Source: Spirochaetia bacterium (lineage in GTDB: Bacteria > Spirochaetota > Spirochaetia > UBA9216). From it: DNA of 64,000 nt. Positions within the stretch are counted from its first letter, which is position 1; each line of letters starts with the position of its first letter. The notes under the pieces were generated by a model that saw only the letters and a list, made by a program, of their open reading frames with translations, did not search any database and was not told the DNA's origin. The stretch is taken from the NCBI GenBank assembly GCA_963677925.2, contig CAXXYH010000004.1, positions 2,496,001-2,560,000 on the forward strand, written 5' to 3'. Below, piece after piece: positions 1-8,955 of the stretch. A program made the position numbers and the translations under genes.

Positions 1-579
1 GCCCTCGGCGAGGACATCAACATCCTGATTCTTGATACAGAGGTGTATTCAAATACAGGCGGTCAGTCTTCAAAGGCTACCCCCATTGGAGCAGTGGCAC
101 AGTTTGCTGCCTCGGGTAAGAAGGTCGGCAAGAAGGATCTTGCCGCCCAGGCTATTGCCTACGGAAACGTTTATGTTGCTCAGGTAGCAATGGGAGCCAA
201 CCAGGGACATCTTATCAAGGTTCTTGAGGAAGCGGTCAATTATCCCGGACCGTCTCTCGTAATTGCATATGCACCCTGTATAGCACACGGCCTTAAGCGC
301 GGAATGAAGGATGCTCAGGAGGAAATGAAGCTGGCGGTAGATACAGGTTACTGGCATCTGTTCAGGTATAATCCCGCTCTAAAGGATGAGGGGCAAAATC
401 CATTCCAGCTTGATTCAAAGGAACCTTCGGTTGAGCTTGGAGAGTTCCTGAAGAGGGAAACAAGATATTCCGCGCTTGAGATTACATTCCCTGATGAGGC
501 AGAAAGGCTTTTTGCCGAAGCTGAACGTCAGGTGAAGGAAAAATTCCGCAAATATAAGATGATGAGTGAGAGTTATTAG
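1..579 (+). CDS. nifJ: pyruvate:ferredoxin (flavodoxin) oxidoreductase, C-terminal part (5' end outside window)
   Basis: Frame is open from base 1 (ALGEDINILILDTEVYSNTGGQSSKATP). Motifs KKDL, YGNVYVAQVAMGAN and GPSLVIAYAPCIAHG are typical of the PFOR TPP-binding domain. Confidence 0.95.
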   Translation, partial: ALGEDINILILDTEVYSNTGGQSSKATPIGAVAQFAASGKKVGKKDLAAQAIAYGNVYVAQVAMGANQGHLIKVLEEAVNYPGPSLVIAYAPCIAHGLKRGMKDAQEEMKLAVDTGYWHLFRYNPALKDEGQNPFQLDSKEPSVELGEFLKRETRYSALEITFPDEAERLFAEAERQVKEKFRKYKMMSESY

Positions 580-582
580 ACC

Positions 583-873
583 ATGGAAGAAAAAAGATAC
601 CCAAGAAATTATTTTTCGAGTCTCGGCATCTCAATCGGCGTGCCGGTTGGAGTTGCGCTGGGGCTGATTTTCGGTAACCTTGGAATTGGTGTTACAGTCG
701 GCTTAAGTGCCGGTGTCATCGTGGGCCGCCTTCTAGAAAAGAAGAAAAATCCCAATCCGCTGGATCAGGACAGTGAAGAGCATGCAAAAGGACGTAAGAG
801 GCTTCTTTTGATGTTTCTTATAGGTGATGCTGTTTTTCTTGCCCTCGCAGCTTATATTGTTCTTAGCAGATAG
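583..873 (+). CDS. small membrane protein (Gly-rich TM hairpin)
   Basis: 96 aa with GxxxG-rich hydrophobic segments; starts 3 nt after the nifJ stop. Confidence 0.7.
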   Translation: MEEKRYPRNYFSSLGISIGVPVGVALGLIFGNLGIGVTVGLSAGVIVGRLLEKKKNPNPLDQDSEEHAKGRKRLLLMFLIGDAVFLALAAYIVLSR

Positions 874-894
874 GCTGACTGATTTTATTGATCA

Positions 895-932
895 AACCCC
901 TTTTTCGGAATGAATAATCCGCAAAAGGGGTT
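895..932. terminator. probable bidirectional intrinsic terminator
   Basis: Inverted repeat AACCCCTTTTtCGGA...TCCGcAAAAGGGGTT between convergent genes. Confidence 0.7.
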
Positions 933-946
933 ATCTGTTTTCCGGC

Positions 947-2059
947 TCATTCAAATGTTGCAGCCACATCCTTCAGATGTTTTATTATTTCGATATGCTG
1001 CGGGCAGTTACTTTCACAGACTCCGCATTCAATACAGTCTGAAGCTTTCCCATGATTTTTAATATAGTTTCCGTAGTAGACCTTCTGAACTGAAAATCCT
1101 TTGAAAATATCCTGCTTTTCGGTATTGTAAAGTGAAAAATATTCAGGAATGGCTATATTCTGCGGACAGTCGTCAACACAGTATCTGCAGGCAGTGCAGG
1201 GGACAGTGATACTGTTGTTTATTATTTTTACCGCCTTATCAATCACTGATGATTCATCTTTGGTAATCGGCTTGAATTCCTGCATATAGCCGGTATTATC
1301 TGAAAGCTGCTCATAATCAGACATTCCGCTTAGCACCGTGAATATACCTTCAAGACTGGCTGCGTACCTGATTGCCCAGGAGGCGAGGGAAGCTTCGGGT
1401 TCTGATTCTTTGAACAGCTTTTCTGCTTCTTCAGGCAGAGCGGTAAGAGTTCCTCCCTTTACCGGTTCCATTACTATGATGGGCTTTTTGTGTTTACGTG
1501 CAATTTTATAACATTTTTCTGACTGAATAGCCTTGCTTTCCCAGTCCAGGTAATTTATCTGAAGCTGAACAAAATCAATTTCAGGATGATCCGACAAGAT
1601 TGTTTCAAGCAGATCCGCATAATCATGAAACGAAAACCCTATCTGCTTTATTTTTCCCTCAGCTTTCATTTTACTGATGAACTCAAAACTTCTGCATTTT
1701 TCAGCAATTTCATAGTGGCTTTCATTCAGGTTGTGCAGAAGGTAATAATCAAAATAATCCACACCGCATTTCTCAAGCTGTTCGTTGAAAATACGCTGAT
1801 TATCCTCTTCAGATTTTAGAAACATTGTCGGAAGCTTTGTAGCTACTGTAAAACTTTCTCTGGGGTGGCGTTTAACCAGTGATTCTCTGAGAGCAATCTC
1901 GCTTTTAAAACTGTGATACATATAGGCTGTATCAAAATATGTAAACCCCCGCTCAAGAAAGGTATCAACCATTCTGTTAAGTATGTCAAAATCTACTGAT
2001 TCCTGGTTTGCAGGTTCAGTAAGCGGCAGCCGCATGAAACCGAATCCGAGTTTCTTCAT
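947..2059 (-). CDS. aldo/keto reductase with C-terminal 4Fe-4S dicluster domain
   Basis: [19 protein letters not shown] and MEPVKGG motifs; C-terminal CTACRYC..CP and [12 protein letters not shown]; GAGGAG SD before ATG 2059. Confidence 0.9.
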   Translation of the reverse strand: MKKLGFGFMRLPLTEPANQESVDFDILNRMVDTFLERGFTYFDTAYMYHSFKSEIALRESLVKRHPRESFTVATKLPTMFLKSEEDNQRIFNEQLEKCGVDYFDYYLLHNLNESHYEIAEKCRSFEFISKMKAEGKIKQIGFSFHDYADLLETILSDHPEIDFVQLQINYLDWESKAIQSEKCYKIARKHKKPIIVMEPVKGGTLTALPEEAEKLFKESEPEASLASWAIRYAASLEGIFTVLSGMSDYEQLSDNTGYMQEFKPITKDESSVIDKAVKIINNSITVPCTACRYCVDDCPQNIAIPEYFSLYNTEKQDIFKGFSVQKVYYGNYIKNHGKASDCIECGVCESNCPQHIEIIKHLKDVAATFE

Positions 2060-2147
2060 AAATATTCTCCTCATCTAATTAAAGCAGATGATACGTATTA
2101 AGGTCAATATATTGAGATAATATAGATATATTCAGGGTATACTTAGA

Positions 2148-3185
2148 TTATTCGGAGCCCATATCAAACAGTATTTTCATATAGGGCTTCCCTCCGTAGA
2201 TAACATCATATGCTTTCTGAGCTTCATCAGCCTTAAACACATGGGAAATTACTCTCTCATCTTTTATGTATCCCTTTTTCAGCAGCTGGACAGCTATTTC
2301 CCATTCCCGTCCAGGCCAAGGTGCAGAATAGTTCATCCATGAACCCTTCACTGTCAGTTCCTTTCGATTAATCCGTTCCATAAGCTCCGGTTCAAATGTA
2401 GCGGACTTTGCAGCCGTACCGACCAGGACAATGGTCCCTCTTCCGTTGCAGACATTAAGTGCATCAATCTTACCAAAATTAGTTCCCGAACACTCCAGTA
2501 TGATATCAGGACGCCGGTGATTGCTGTAGTATTCTGTTAAGGGCACTGACTTTGAGTTAACAGTAAAATCGGCACCGCATTCGGCCGCGAGTGAAAGTTT
2601 TTCATCCACAACATCGGATACGGTAATACTGGCCGGTCCCATCATTTTAACTGCAGAAACAGCAAGAAGACCAATGGTGCCTGCACCTATCACCAGAACA
2701 TTTTTCCCTGCAATCGTTCCGAGCTCCAGTACAGGATGAAGACTTACAGTAATCGGTTCAAGAAGAGCTGCCTGCATTAGACTGATATCATCTCCGATAG
2801 GAATAATATTTGAAGCTTTGACTCTTACATATTCTGCAAAGGCTCCGTTTTTTCGTGAGCCTACGAAAGAGTAGCTCTCACAAAGCGAGTAATGTCCCTG
2901 CTGGCACCATTCGCATTCATGGCAGGGTTCAAGGGGCACTGCGGCAACACGGGCACCGGGTTTTATATTCTCAACCCCTGGACCAACTTCATCGACGATG
3001 CCTGAAAACTCGTGGCCGAGGGCTATTGTATTCCATTTAGGATTGTCCTCTCTGACCCGCTGAATGTCTGAGCCGCATATACCGGCATAGGCAACCCGTA
3101 CTATAACCTCTCCTTCTCCTGCGGAGGGTTTTTCTATTTCAATTGCAGATACCTTCATGGGTTCGGTTCTTATAATTGCTTTCAT
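2148..3185 (-). CDS. zinc-dependent sugar/polyol(-phosphate) dehydrogenase (galactitol-1-P dehydrogenase-like)
   Basis: GICGSD, GHEFSG, structural-Zn CxxCxxC...C, GAGTIG and GSWMNYSAPWPG motifs. Confidence 0.88.
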   Translation of the reverse strand: MKAIIRTEPMKVSAIEIEKPSAGEGEVIVRVAYAGICGSDIQRVREDNPKWNTIALGHEFSGIVDEVGPGVENIKPGARVAAVPLEPCHECEWCQQGHYSLCESYSFVGSRKNGAFAEYVRVKASNIIPIGDDISLMQAALLEPITVSLHPVLELGTIAGKNVLVIGAGTIGLLAVSAVKMMGPASITVSDVVDEKLSLAAECGADFTVNSKSVPLTEYYSNHRRPDIILECSGTNFGKIDALNVCNGRGTIVLVGTAAKSATFEPELMERINRKELTVKGSWMNYSAPWPGREWEIAVQLLKKGYIKDERVISHVFKADEAQKAYDVIYGGKPYMKILFDMGSE

Positions 3186-4681
3186 TTTGTTTCTCCATAA
3201 ATATTCAGTTGGTGAAAAACCGGTTCAAGTCCGGAATACAGCATTTTAAAAATTTCAGAACGTTTGCGGTTCAGCTGCATGGTCTTTTCAGTCTCATCCG
3301 GATTAAAGCTTTCGCGAATGGTGATCTTCTCTGCGGCTTCCTCGAAGGAGCCGAATATTCCGGTTCCGACTCCTGCTGTTACAGCTGCGCCCAGGGAAGC
3401 CACATCATCATTTCCTGGTATTGAAATTGTACAGTTTAAAATATCTGCGAACATCCGGGCCCAGACGCTGCTGTTTGAACAGCCGCCGGTCAGTCTGACA
3501 GCATCGGGAAAAATGCCCTTTTCTCGCTGAATATCAATTATCGTACTGACTCCCAGAACATTTCCTTCCATAAGAGCCCTGTACATTTCGTTACGCGTTG
3601 TTTCCGGTGTAAGCCCGAAAAATACTCCCTTTGTGTCGTTATTCCAAAGAGGAGCCCGCTGTCCTACCATGTATGGAAGAAACATCGGGGAATGCTGATT
3701 AAGCTCAACCTGTTCTGAACCTATATTTACCCTTTCAAAGCTTTCCTCGCCAATCAGTTCCTTGAACCACTTGAGCCCGGCTCCGCCGTAATCAACACCG
3801 GCAACACTAAGCCATTTACCGTGAACTGCATGTCGGTAAAGGTGCATCCGGCTGTCATAATCAGGCTTTTCAATACAGCAGTTGACAGTTGTTACAGTTC
3901 CGGCAGAAACATAAATCTCGCGGTTTTTATACAGTCCGGCACCGGTACCTGCTGCAGCGTTGTCCATTGAGCCGCAGACTACCGGTGTTCCCTGCTTGAG
4001 CCCCGATGCAGACGCCGCCTTGGCCGAGATCGTTCCTGCTATTTCGGTGCTCTCATATATATCGGGAAGCTTCTCTGCTGAAATGCCGCAGCCCCTCAGC
4101 AGGTCTTCAGACCACTGTGAATCGGAAGTTCTGCATAACTGGGAAAGTCCGCATTCAGTTACATCCATTGTATTCAGCCCTGTAAGCTTTTTTACAAGAT
4201 AGCCATTCGCATGAAGTATCATATCGGTTTTATTATAAATTTCAGGCCGGTTATTTTTGAGCCACATCACCTTGGGGCCGAAATTGGAAGGATCATTGTG
4301 ATTTCCTGCAATCTTAAAAAAATCATTTCCGAAGATGCTGTCGATTGCACTGCATTCCTTTTCAGCCCGGCGGTCCAGCCAAAGCATAGCAGGGTGAAGC
4401 GGATTACCGCTTTTATCCAGAGCTACAACGGCGGAGGACATTGTATCTATTCCTACGGCTGCTATATCAGATGAATTGAAATCACTTTCAGCGAATATTT
4501 CAGTGGTTGATTCACAAAGAAGTTTCCACCACATCTGAGGATCCTGTTCGGCTCCATTATCTTCAGTATGATTTGTACGGTAGAACTTCTGAACACCGTA
4601 AAGTGTTTTTAACTCAGAGCTGTACAGCACTGTTTTCATACTTGTGGTGCCGAGATCTACACTAAGAATCAGGTTTTTCAT
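3182..4681 (-). CDS. FGGY-family carbohydrate kinase (xylulokinase-like)
   Basis: VDLGTTSMK, AEQDP, WLDRRA, FLPYMVGQRAPLWN and TGGCS motifs; 4-nt overlap with the dehydrogenase. Confidence 0.9.
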   Translation of the reverse strand: MKNLILSVDLGTTSMKTVLYSSELKTLYGVQKFYRTNHTEDNGAEQDPQMWWKLLCESTTEIFAESDFNSSDIAAVGIDTMSSAVVALDKSGNPLHPAMLWLDRRAEKECSAIDSIFGNDFFKIAGNHNDPSNFGPKVMWLKNNRPEIYNKTDMILHANGYLVKKLTGLNTMDVTECGLSQLCRTSDSQWSEDLLRGCGISAEKLPDIYESTEIAGTISAKAASASGLKQGTPVVCGSMDNAAAGTGAGLYKNREIYVSAGTVTTVNCCIEKPDYDSRMHLYRHAVHGKWLSVAGVDYGGAGLKWFKELIGEESFERVNIGSEQVELNQHSPMFLPYMVGQRAPLWNNDTKGVFFGLTPETTRNEMYRALMEGNVLGVSTIIDIQREKGIFPDAVRLTGGCSNSSVWARMFADILNCTISIPGNDDVASLGAAVTAGVGTGIFGSFEEAAEKITIRESFNPDETEKTMQLNRKRSEIFKMLYSGLEPVFHQLNIYGETK

Positions 4682-4709
4682 CACTTCTCCCGTGTCTATC
4701 GTATAATTA

Positions 4710-4739
4710 AATATAGTTAATCGATTAACCTTTTGTAAA
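4710..4739 (-). promoter_or_regulatory. sigma70 promoter of the kinase operon with a LacI-type operator in the spacer
   Basis: Minus strand TTTACA-N18-TATATT; the spacer holds the perfect 14-bp palindrome GTTAATCGATTAAC (4716-4729) with a central CG. Confidence 0.7.
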
Positions 4740-4848
4740 GTAGGCTATTCCTTAAAATGACAAAATAATAAAATAATTGATTTAAATAGTTTTTTAAAAA
4801 AATGTTTCAAAGTACCTTGTAAACTAACCGAGTTTTTCAGGAAGCTCA

Positions 4849-4877
4849 TTGAAAAGTTTATAGACCAGTGCTAAGAT
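4849..4877 (+). promoter_or_regulatory. sigma70 promoter of the LacI gene
   Basis: TTGAAA-N17-TAAGAT with TGn extension. Confidence 0.55.
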
Positions 4878-4905
4878 TTTTACAATTAAAATACAGGAGA
4901 AATAC

Positions 4906-5904
4906 TTGGCTGCTTCAATGAAGGATGTCGCCTCACTTGCAGGAGTTTCAACTGCTACCGTATCTCATGTAATAAACCGGACCAGGAATGTTAAACCGGA
5001 AACTTACCGAAGGGTCATGGATGCAGTCAGTGAACTGCAGTACTCAGTTAACCCGGTAGCCAGGAATCTCCGAAACGGCAGATCGCGGATTATCGGATAT
5101 CTGGTTTCAAATCTGGCCAATTACTTTTATATAGAAATTTCAAGGAAAATGGAAGAAATACTATATGCTGCCGGTTACAGCGTTATTCATTTGAATACTG
5201 ATGAGGATCCGGTGAAAGAAAAAGAGAGTCTTCAGAATCTGGTCCTGCAGAATGTCGACGGTCTTATTATTGTGCCTGTCTCAAATGACTGGAGCGAGCT
5301 TGAAGATATTGTCGGAGGCAGATGTCCCTGTGTTTTCATCGACCGAAAACCACAAAACTGTCAGCATGACAGTGTCCTTTCAACCAATTATGAGGGAGCA
5401 TATGAATGTACACGTATTCTTCTGGATCGCGGATATGAGCGGGTAGGATTTCTGGCGTCACGAAGGGATACAACTATGGATGAGCGTCTGAACGGCTACC
5501 TGCAGGCATTGAAAGATACGGGACGTAAAACTGATGACAAGCTTATCAAAACCGGAAGCGGCCGGCCGATGATTACCAGGGAGCTCCAGAAGGGAGAAAG
5601 TTATTATCTGATGAAAGAGCTATATGAGGTTGAAAATATAAAGGCTTTGTTTATTGGAAATGATCTATTTGCCCTGGGTGCCTTTAATTATGTGATCGAC
5701 AATGGACTGCGTATTCCGGAAGATATTGATATTGTCACATTTGATAACCCATTCTGGCTGTCAATGCTTGATACCCCTATACCGGCAATGAGGCAGGATG
5801 TTGAGTCTATGGGTAAGGCCGCGGCTGAAATAATGCTTGAAAGACTGAAAGGTGCTGATCATGAAATTAAAGAATACCGGATTGAAACGCAGTTAATCAC
5901 TTAA
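4906..5904 (+). CDS. LacI-family transcriptional regulator
   Basis: N-terminal HTH SMKDVASLAGVSTATVSHVIN plus periplasmic-binding-like sensor; AGGAG SD before TTG. Confidence 0.95.
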   Translation: MAASMKDVASLAGVSTATVSHVINRTRNVKPETYRRVMDAVSELQYSVNPVARNLRNGRSRIIGYLVSNLANYFYIEISRKMEEILYAAGYSVIHLNTDEDPVKEKESLQNLVLQNVDGLIIVPVSNDWSELEDIVGGRCPCVFIDRKPQNCQHDSVLSTNYEGAYECTRILLDRGYERVGFLASRRDTTMDERLNGYLQALKDTGRKTDDKLIKTGSGRPMITRELQKGESYYLMKELYEVENIKALFIGNDLFALGAFNYVIDNGLRIPEDIDIVTFDNPFWLSMLDTPIPAMRQDVESMGKAAAEIMLERLKGADHEIKEYRIETQLIT

Positions 5905-5979
5905 CCTATGTTTTAATGCGTTAAAAAATTGAGTTCACAGCCGAAGGTTTCAATAGTATTATATTAAAAAGGGGAAACT

Positions 5980-6465
5980 ATGAGCGGACCGTTTAAAAAC
6001 ATTCTTGTTTACGTTGATGGCTCCGAAGCTTCTATTTCAGCTGCGATGTACGCAATAATTCTGGCTGAAAGTACAGGGGCTTCTCTGACCGCCGTCTATA
6101 TCATAAATACAAGAGCTTTAAGCGATCTTGTGACCGCTCATATCTTTATCAAGAGTGAAGAGGCCGAATACCAGCAGGATCTTGAAAAAGATGCTGACAG
6201 GTATCTTAAGCATGTTTCAAAACTTGCCGCAGGAAAGGGTCTCGAAATATCAACACTCAAGCTTTCCGGATCTGTAAACAAGGAAATCAAGAATATTATT
6301 AAGGAAGATAATTTTGATCTTCTTGTAATAGGCGGGGTTTCCCAAATTAGAAGCCGCAGAGACGAGTTTTACAATGAAGCCGACAGGGCAATGAGAAGTG
6401 TATCCTGTCCGGTACTGGTCGTAAAAGAAGATGAACAGCTGTGGGATCTTTTCGAGTCCCTTTAA
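5980..6465 (+). CDS. universal stress protein
   Basis: FKNILVYVDGS at the N-terminus, DLLVIG, and CPVLVVK at the C-terminus. Confidence 0.9.
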   Translation: MSGPFKNILVYVDGSEASISAAMYAIILAESTGASLTAVYIINTRALSDLVTAHIFIKSEEAEYQQDLEKDADRYLKHVSKLAAGKGLEISTLKLSGSVNKEIKNIIKEDNFDLLVIGGVSQIRSRRDEFYNEADRAMRSVSCPVLVVKEDEQLWDLFESL

Positions 6466-6479
6466 AATAAGGAGTAAAG

Positions 6480-6929
6480 ATGGGGTTTATTGATTTACTT
6501 GATAAAAATCTTATAAGGGTTCCTGTAAAAGCCACCAAGAAACTTGAGCTTATTGAAGAACTTATTCAGGTCCTTGATAAGAATGGTGCACTTAAAGATC
6601 GTGAAAAGGCGCTGAACGATGTTCTGAAAAGAGAACAGATGGGCAGCACCGGCCTTGAAAAGGGAATAGCTGTTCCGCATTCAAAGACCGATGCGGTTGA
6701 AAAGATGGTTATGGCTATTGGTATTGCTCCTTCGGGAATTGATTTTAATGCACTGGATGGTAAGTCTTCCACGCTTTTCTTTATGATACTGGCTCCGCCC
6801 GACCAGTCAGGGCCCCATATTGAGGTTCTTGCCGATATTGCTCGGGCAACCAAGTCGGCTGCGCTGTGCAGACTTCTTGTAAATGCCGCTGATGCGGATG
6901 AGGTGCTTGAACTGTTTGAGGAAACCTGA
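6480..6929 (+). CDS. PTS IIA component (Fru/Ntr type)
   Basis: REQMGSTGLEKGIAVPH phospho-His motif; GIDFNALDG. Confidence 0.9.
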   Translation: MGFIDLLDKNLIRVPVKATKKLELIEELIQVLDKNGALKDREKALNDVLKREQMGSTGLEKGIAVPHSKTDAVEKMVMAIGIAPSGIDFNALDGKSSTLFFMILAPPDQSGPHIEVLADIARATKSAALCRLLVNAADADEVLELFEET

Positions 6930-6980
6930 TTAAGCCCGGCAGAAATATGCCGGAGCCGGGCTGTGAGCCGGGCTTTCGGC

Positions 6981-8213
6981 CTATACCTCCGAATCTTCCG
7001 GAGAAAACGGTGAAGTTTCAGTTTTGCCGGGAGCCTTTGCCGGTTCAGAACTGTGAGTAAACCGTATTGGTTCTGAAACCTTAAGCTGTACATGCGGAAA
7101 GGGAATTGATATTTTCTGTTCGTCAAACCTCTTCCATATCTCCCTGTTTGTCCAGTCTTCGGCATCATACTTATACATCACGTCATCAATCCAGGTAAAA
7201 AGGCCCAGATCAAGTCCTGAGTCGCCGAATGACCGGAACCTGGGTATCGGCTCCATATTTTTTATTGCCCAGGGATTATCCTTTCCGATTTCATACAGGA
7301 TTTTCAGCGCAATTTCGGGATTAGTGTCATAGGAAATCTGTACAAAATTCTTTACAAGGATTCTGCGGTCTTCATAGGAATAATTGTGTACCTCGTTCTG
7401 AACAAGCTTTGAATTCGGAATAATTATGCTTTCGTTTGTAAGAGTGTTAATTACTGTCGTGGAAAGTTTTATCTGCGATACAGTACCCTCAAGTCCGTTA
7501 ATCAGAATACGGTCTCCCTCTTTTACCGGGCGTGTGAAAATGATCTGAATGCCGGCTATAAAATTGGCAACTGTATTCTGAAGCCCGAAACCCAGACCAA
7601 GACCAAGCACACCGAAGATTACAGTGATGGCCGAAAGGTCAATTCCGATAACTGAAAAGCCGGTGAGTGCAACGACTACCATCACACTGTACTGCAGGAT
7701 TGAAACTACGCTGAATTTACGTGAAGCATCAAATCCAATACGATCAAGAAAGCTTGTATTAATCATCTTTCTTGAAGCTTTTCCTGCCCATGATGCAATG
7801 TAGAACACAGGAATAGTCATTATCAAAGTCAGAAAGGTGATCTTTGTGCTGCCCGATTCTATGAGAGGCTGGTTCAGTATGTTAATGAATATGCCCACGT
7901 ATTTGAGAGTCTCGGCTCCGAAAAGATTAGCCGCCAGACTGACTACTATTACCAGAAATGCGGCATTGAATATCCGTCTGATCCACAGAATGCTTCTGTC
8001 CTTTGACTTCTGCTGGATATTACTTTTTCTAATCAGGTGAAAAACTGCTCTTTTAATAAGTTTGAAAACTATAAAAATAATGATTGAAGGTAGTAGAAAT
8101 CTTAACAGCAGGTCGAAGACCGAAAACGGAAATGCAAAATCTCCGAGGCTGATTTTTGAAAATAAAATGTCTGTTGCAATAGATTTAAGCTGCATACTAA
8201 TATTAAACCTCAT
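6981..8213 (-). CDS. mscS: small-conductance mechanosensitive channel
   Basis: GLGLGFGLQNTVANFIAG, PVKEGD, IIPNS and FGDSGL motifs. Confidence 0.92.
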   Translation of the reverse strand: MRFNISMQLKSIATDILFSKISLGDFAFPFSVFDLLLRFLLPSIIIFIVFKLIKRAVFHLIRKSNIQQKSKDRSILWIRRIFNAAFLVIVVSLAANLFGAETLKYVGIFINILNQPLIESGSTKITFLTLIMTIPVFYIASWAGKASRKMINTSFLDRIGFDASRKFSVVSILQYSVMVVVALTGFSVIGIDLSAITVIFGVLGLGLGFGLQNTVANFIAGIQIIFTRPVKEGDRILINGLEGTVSQIKLSTTVINTLTNESIIIPNSKLVQNEVHNYSYEDRRILVKNFVQISYDTNPEIALKILYEIGKDNPWAIKNMEPIPRFRSFGDSGLDLGLFTWIDDVMYKYDAEDWTNREIWKRFDEQKISIPFPHVQLKVSEPIRFTHSSEPAKAPGKTETSPFSPEDSEV

Positions 8214-8309
8214 TTATTCCCTGTTGTAAATACAGAATATTAATCCTAATGAATAAAGATTTCTCTATATAAATACATTTATTTATATCGATATTATTTT
8301 ATAAATATT

Positions 8310-8338
8310 TTGACAACGATATAATTTGCCTGTATCAT
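8310..8338 (+). promoter_or_regulatory. sigma70 promoter of the hydrogenase operon
   Basis: TTGACA-N17-TATCAT. Confidence 0.7.
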
Positions 8339-8430
8339 GGAAATAATTATTTACAACAGTATTACTAATATTTGGACATCAGCCTTTCTTTATGATCCAG
8401 GTCAAAGCCTGCTAATCAACAAAGAAGGAG

Positions 8431-8955
8431 ATGCAAATGGCAGAAACAGCCCAGATTTCCCACCACAAGACAGAAGAGGAAATAATTCAACAGACTGACA
8501 TCGTAGTCAACGAACTTGCAGGAAAAAAAGGTGCACTCATACCTGTACTGCAGACTTTGCAGGATATCTTCGGATACCTGCCCGAAACCGCCCTGAAAAG
8601 GACAAGCGAACAGATGAAGATTCCCTACAGCGAGGTAGCCGGAGTAGTAAGTTTCTACAAGTACTTTTCTACTTCACCGCGGGGAAAATATCTTATCAGG
8701 GTATGTCTAGGAACATCGTGTTACGTAAGGGGAGGCCGTGAAGTACTCAACAGCCTCCGGGATGCTCTCGGTATCGAGATCGATCAGACTACTGAAGACG
8801 GTCTGTTTTCACTCAAGGTCGGCAGATGCTTCGGTGCCTGCGGTCTTGCGCCGGTCATCATGATAAATGATGATATCTACAGACGGGTAAAGCCTTCCAA
8901 GGTCGATGAAATCATCGCGGTTTACAAGGATATGGAGGCTGCCGATGAAGAGTGA
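8431..8955 (+). CDS. hydC: NuoE/HydC-like 2Fe-2S subunit of a multimeric [FeFe]-hydrogenase
   Basis: VCLGTSCYVRGG and CFGACGLAPV thioredoxin-like 2Fe-2S motifs; AAGGAG SD. Confidence 0.92.
   Translation: MQMAETAQISHHKTEEEIIQQTDIVVNELAGKKGALIPVLQTLQDIFGYLPETALKRTSEQMKIPYSEVAGVVSFYKYFSTSPRGKYLIRVCLGTSCYVRGGREVLNSLRDALGIEIDQTTEDGLFSLKVGRCFGACGLAPVIMINDDIYRRVKPSKVDEIIAVYKDMEAADEE

Noticed and set aside
6566-7168. 200-aa minus-strand ORF
   Set aside because: Overlaps mscS out of frame and PTS IIA antisense; no family features.
8370-8430. Possible anti-SD pairing or riboswitch in the hydrogenase leader
   Set aside because: Only a short bulged CCTTTCTTT/AAAGAAGG complement; no recognisable aptamer.
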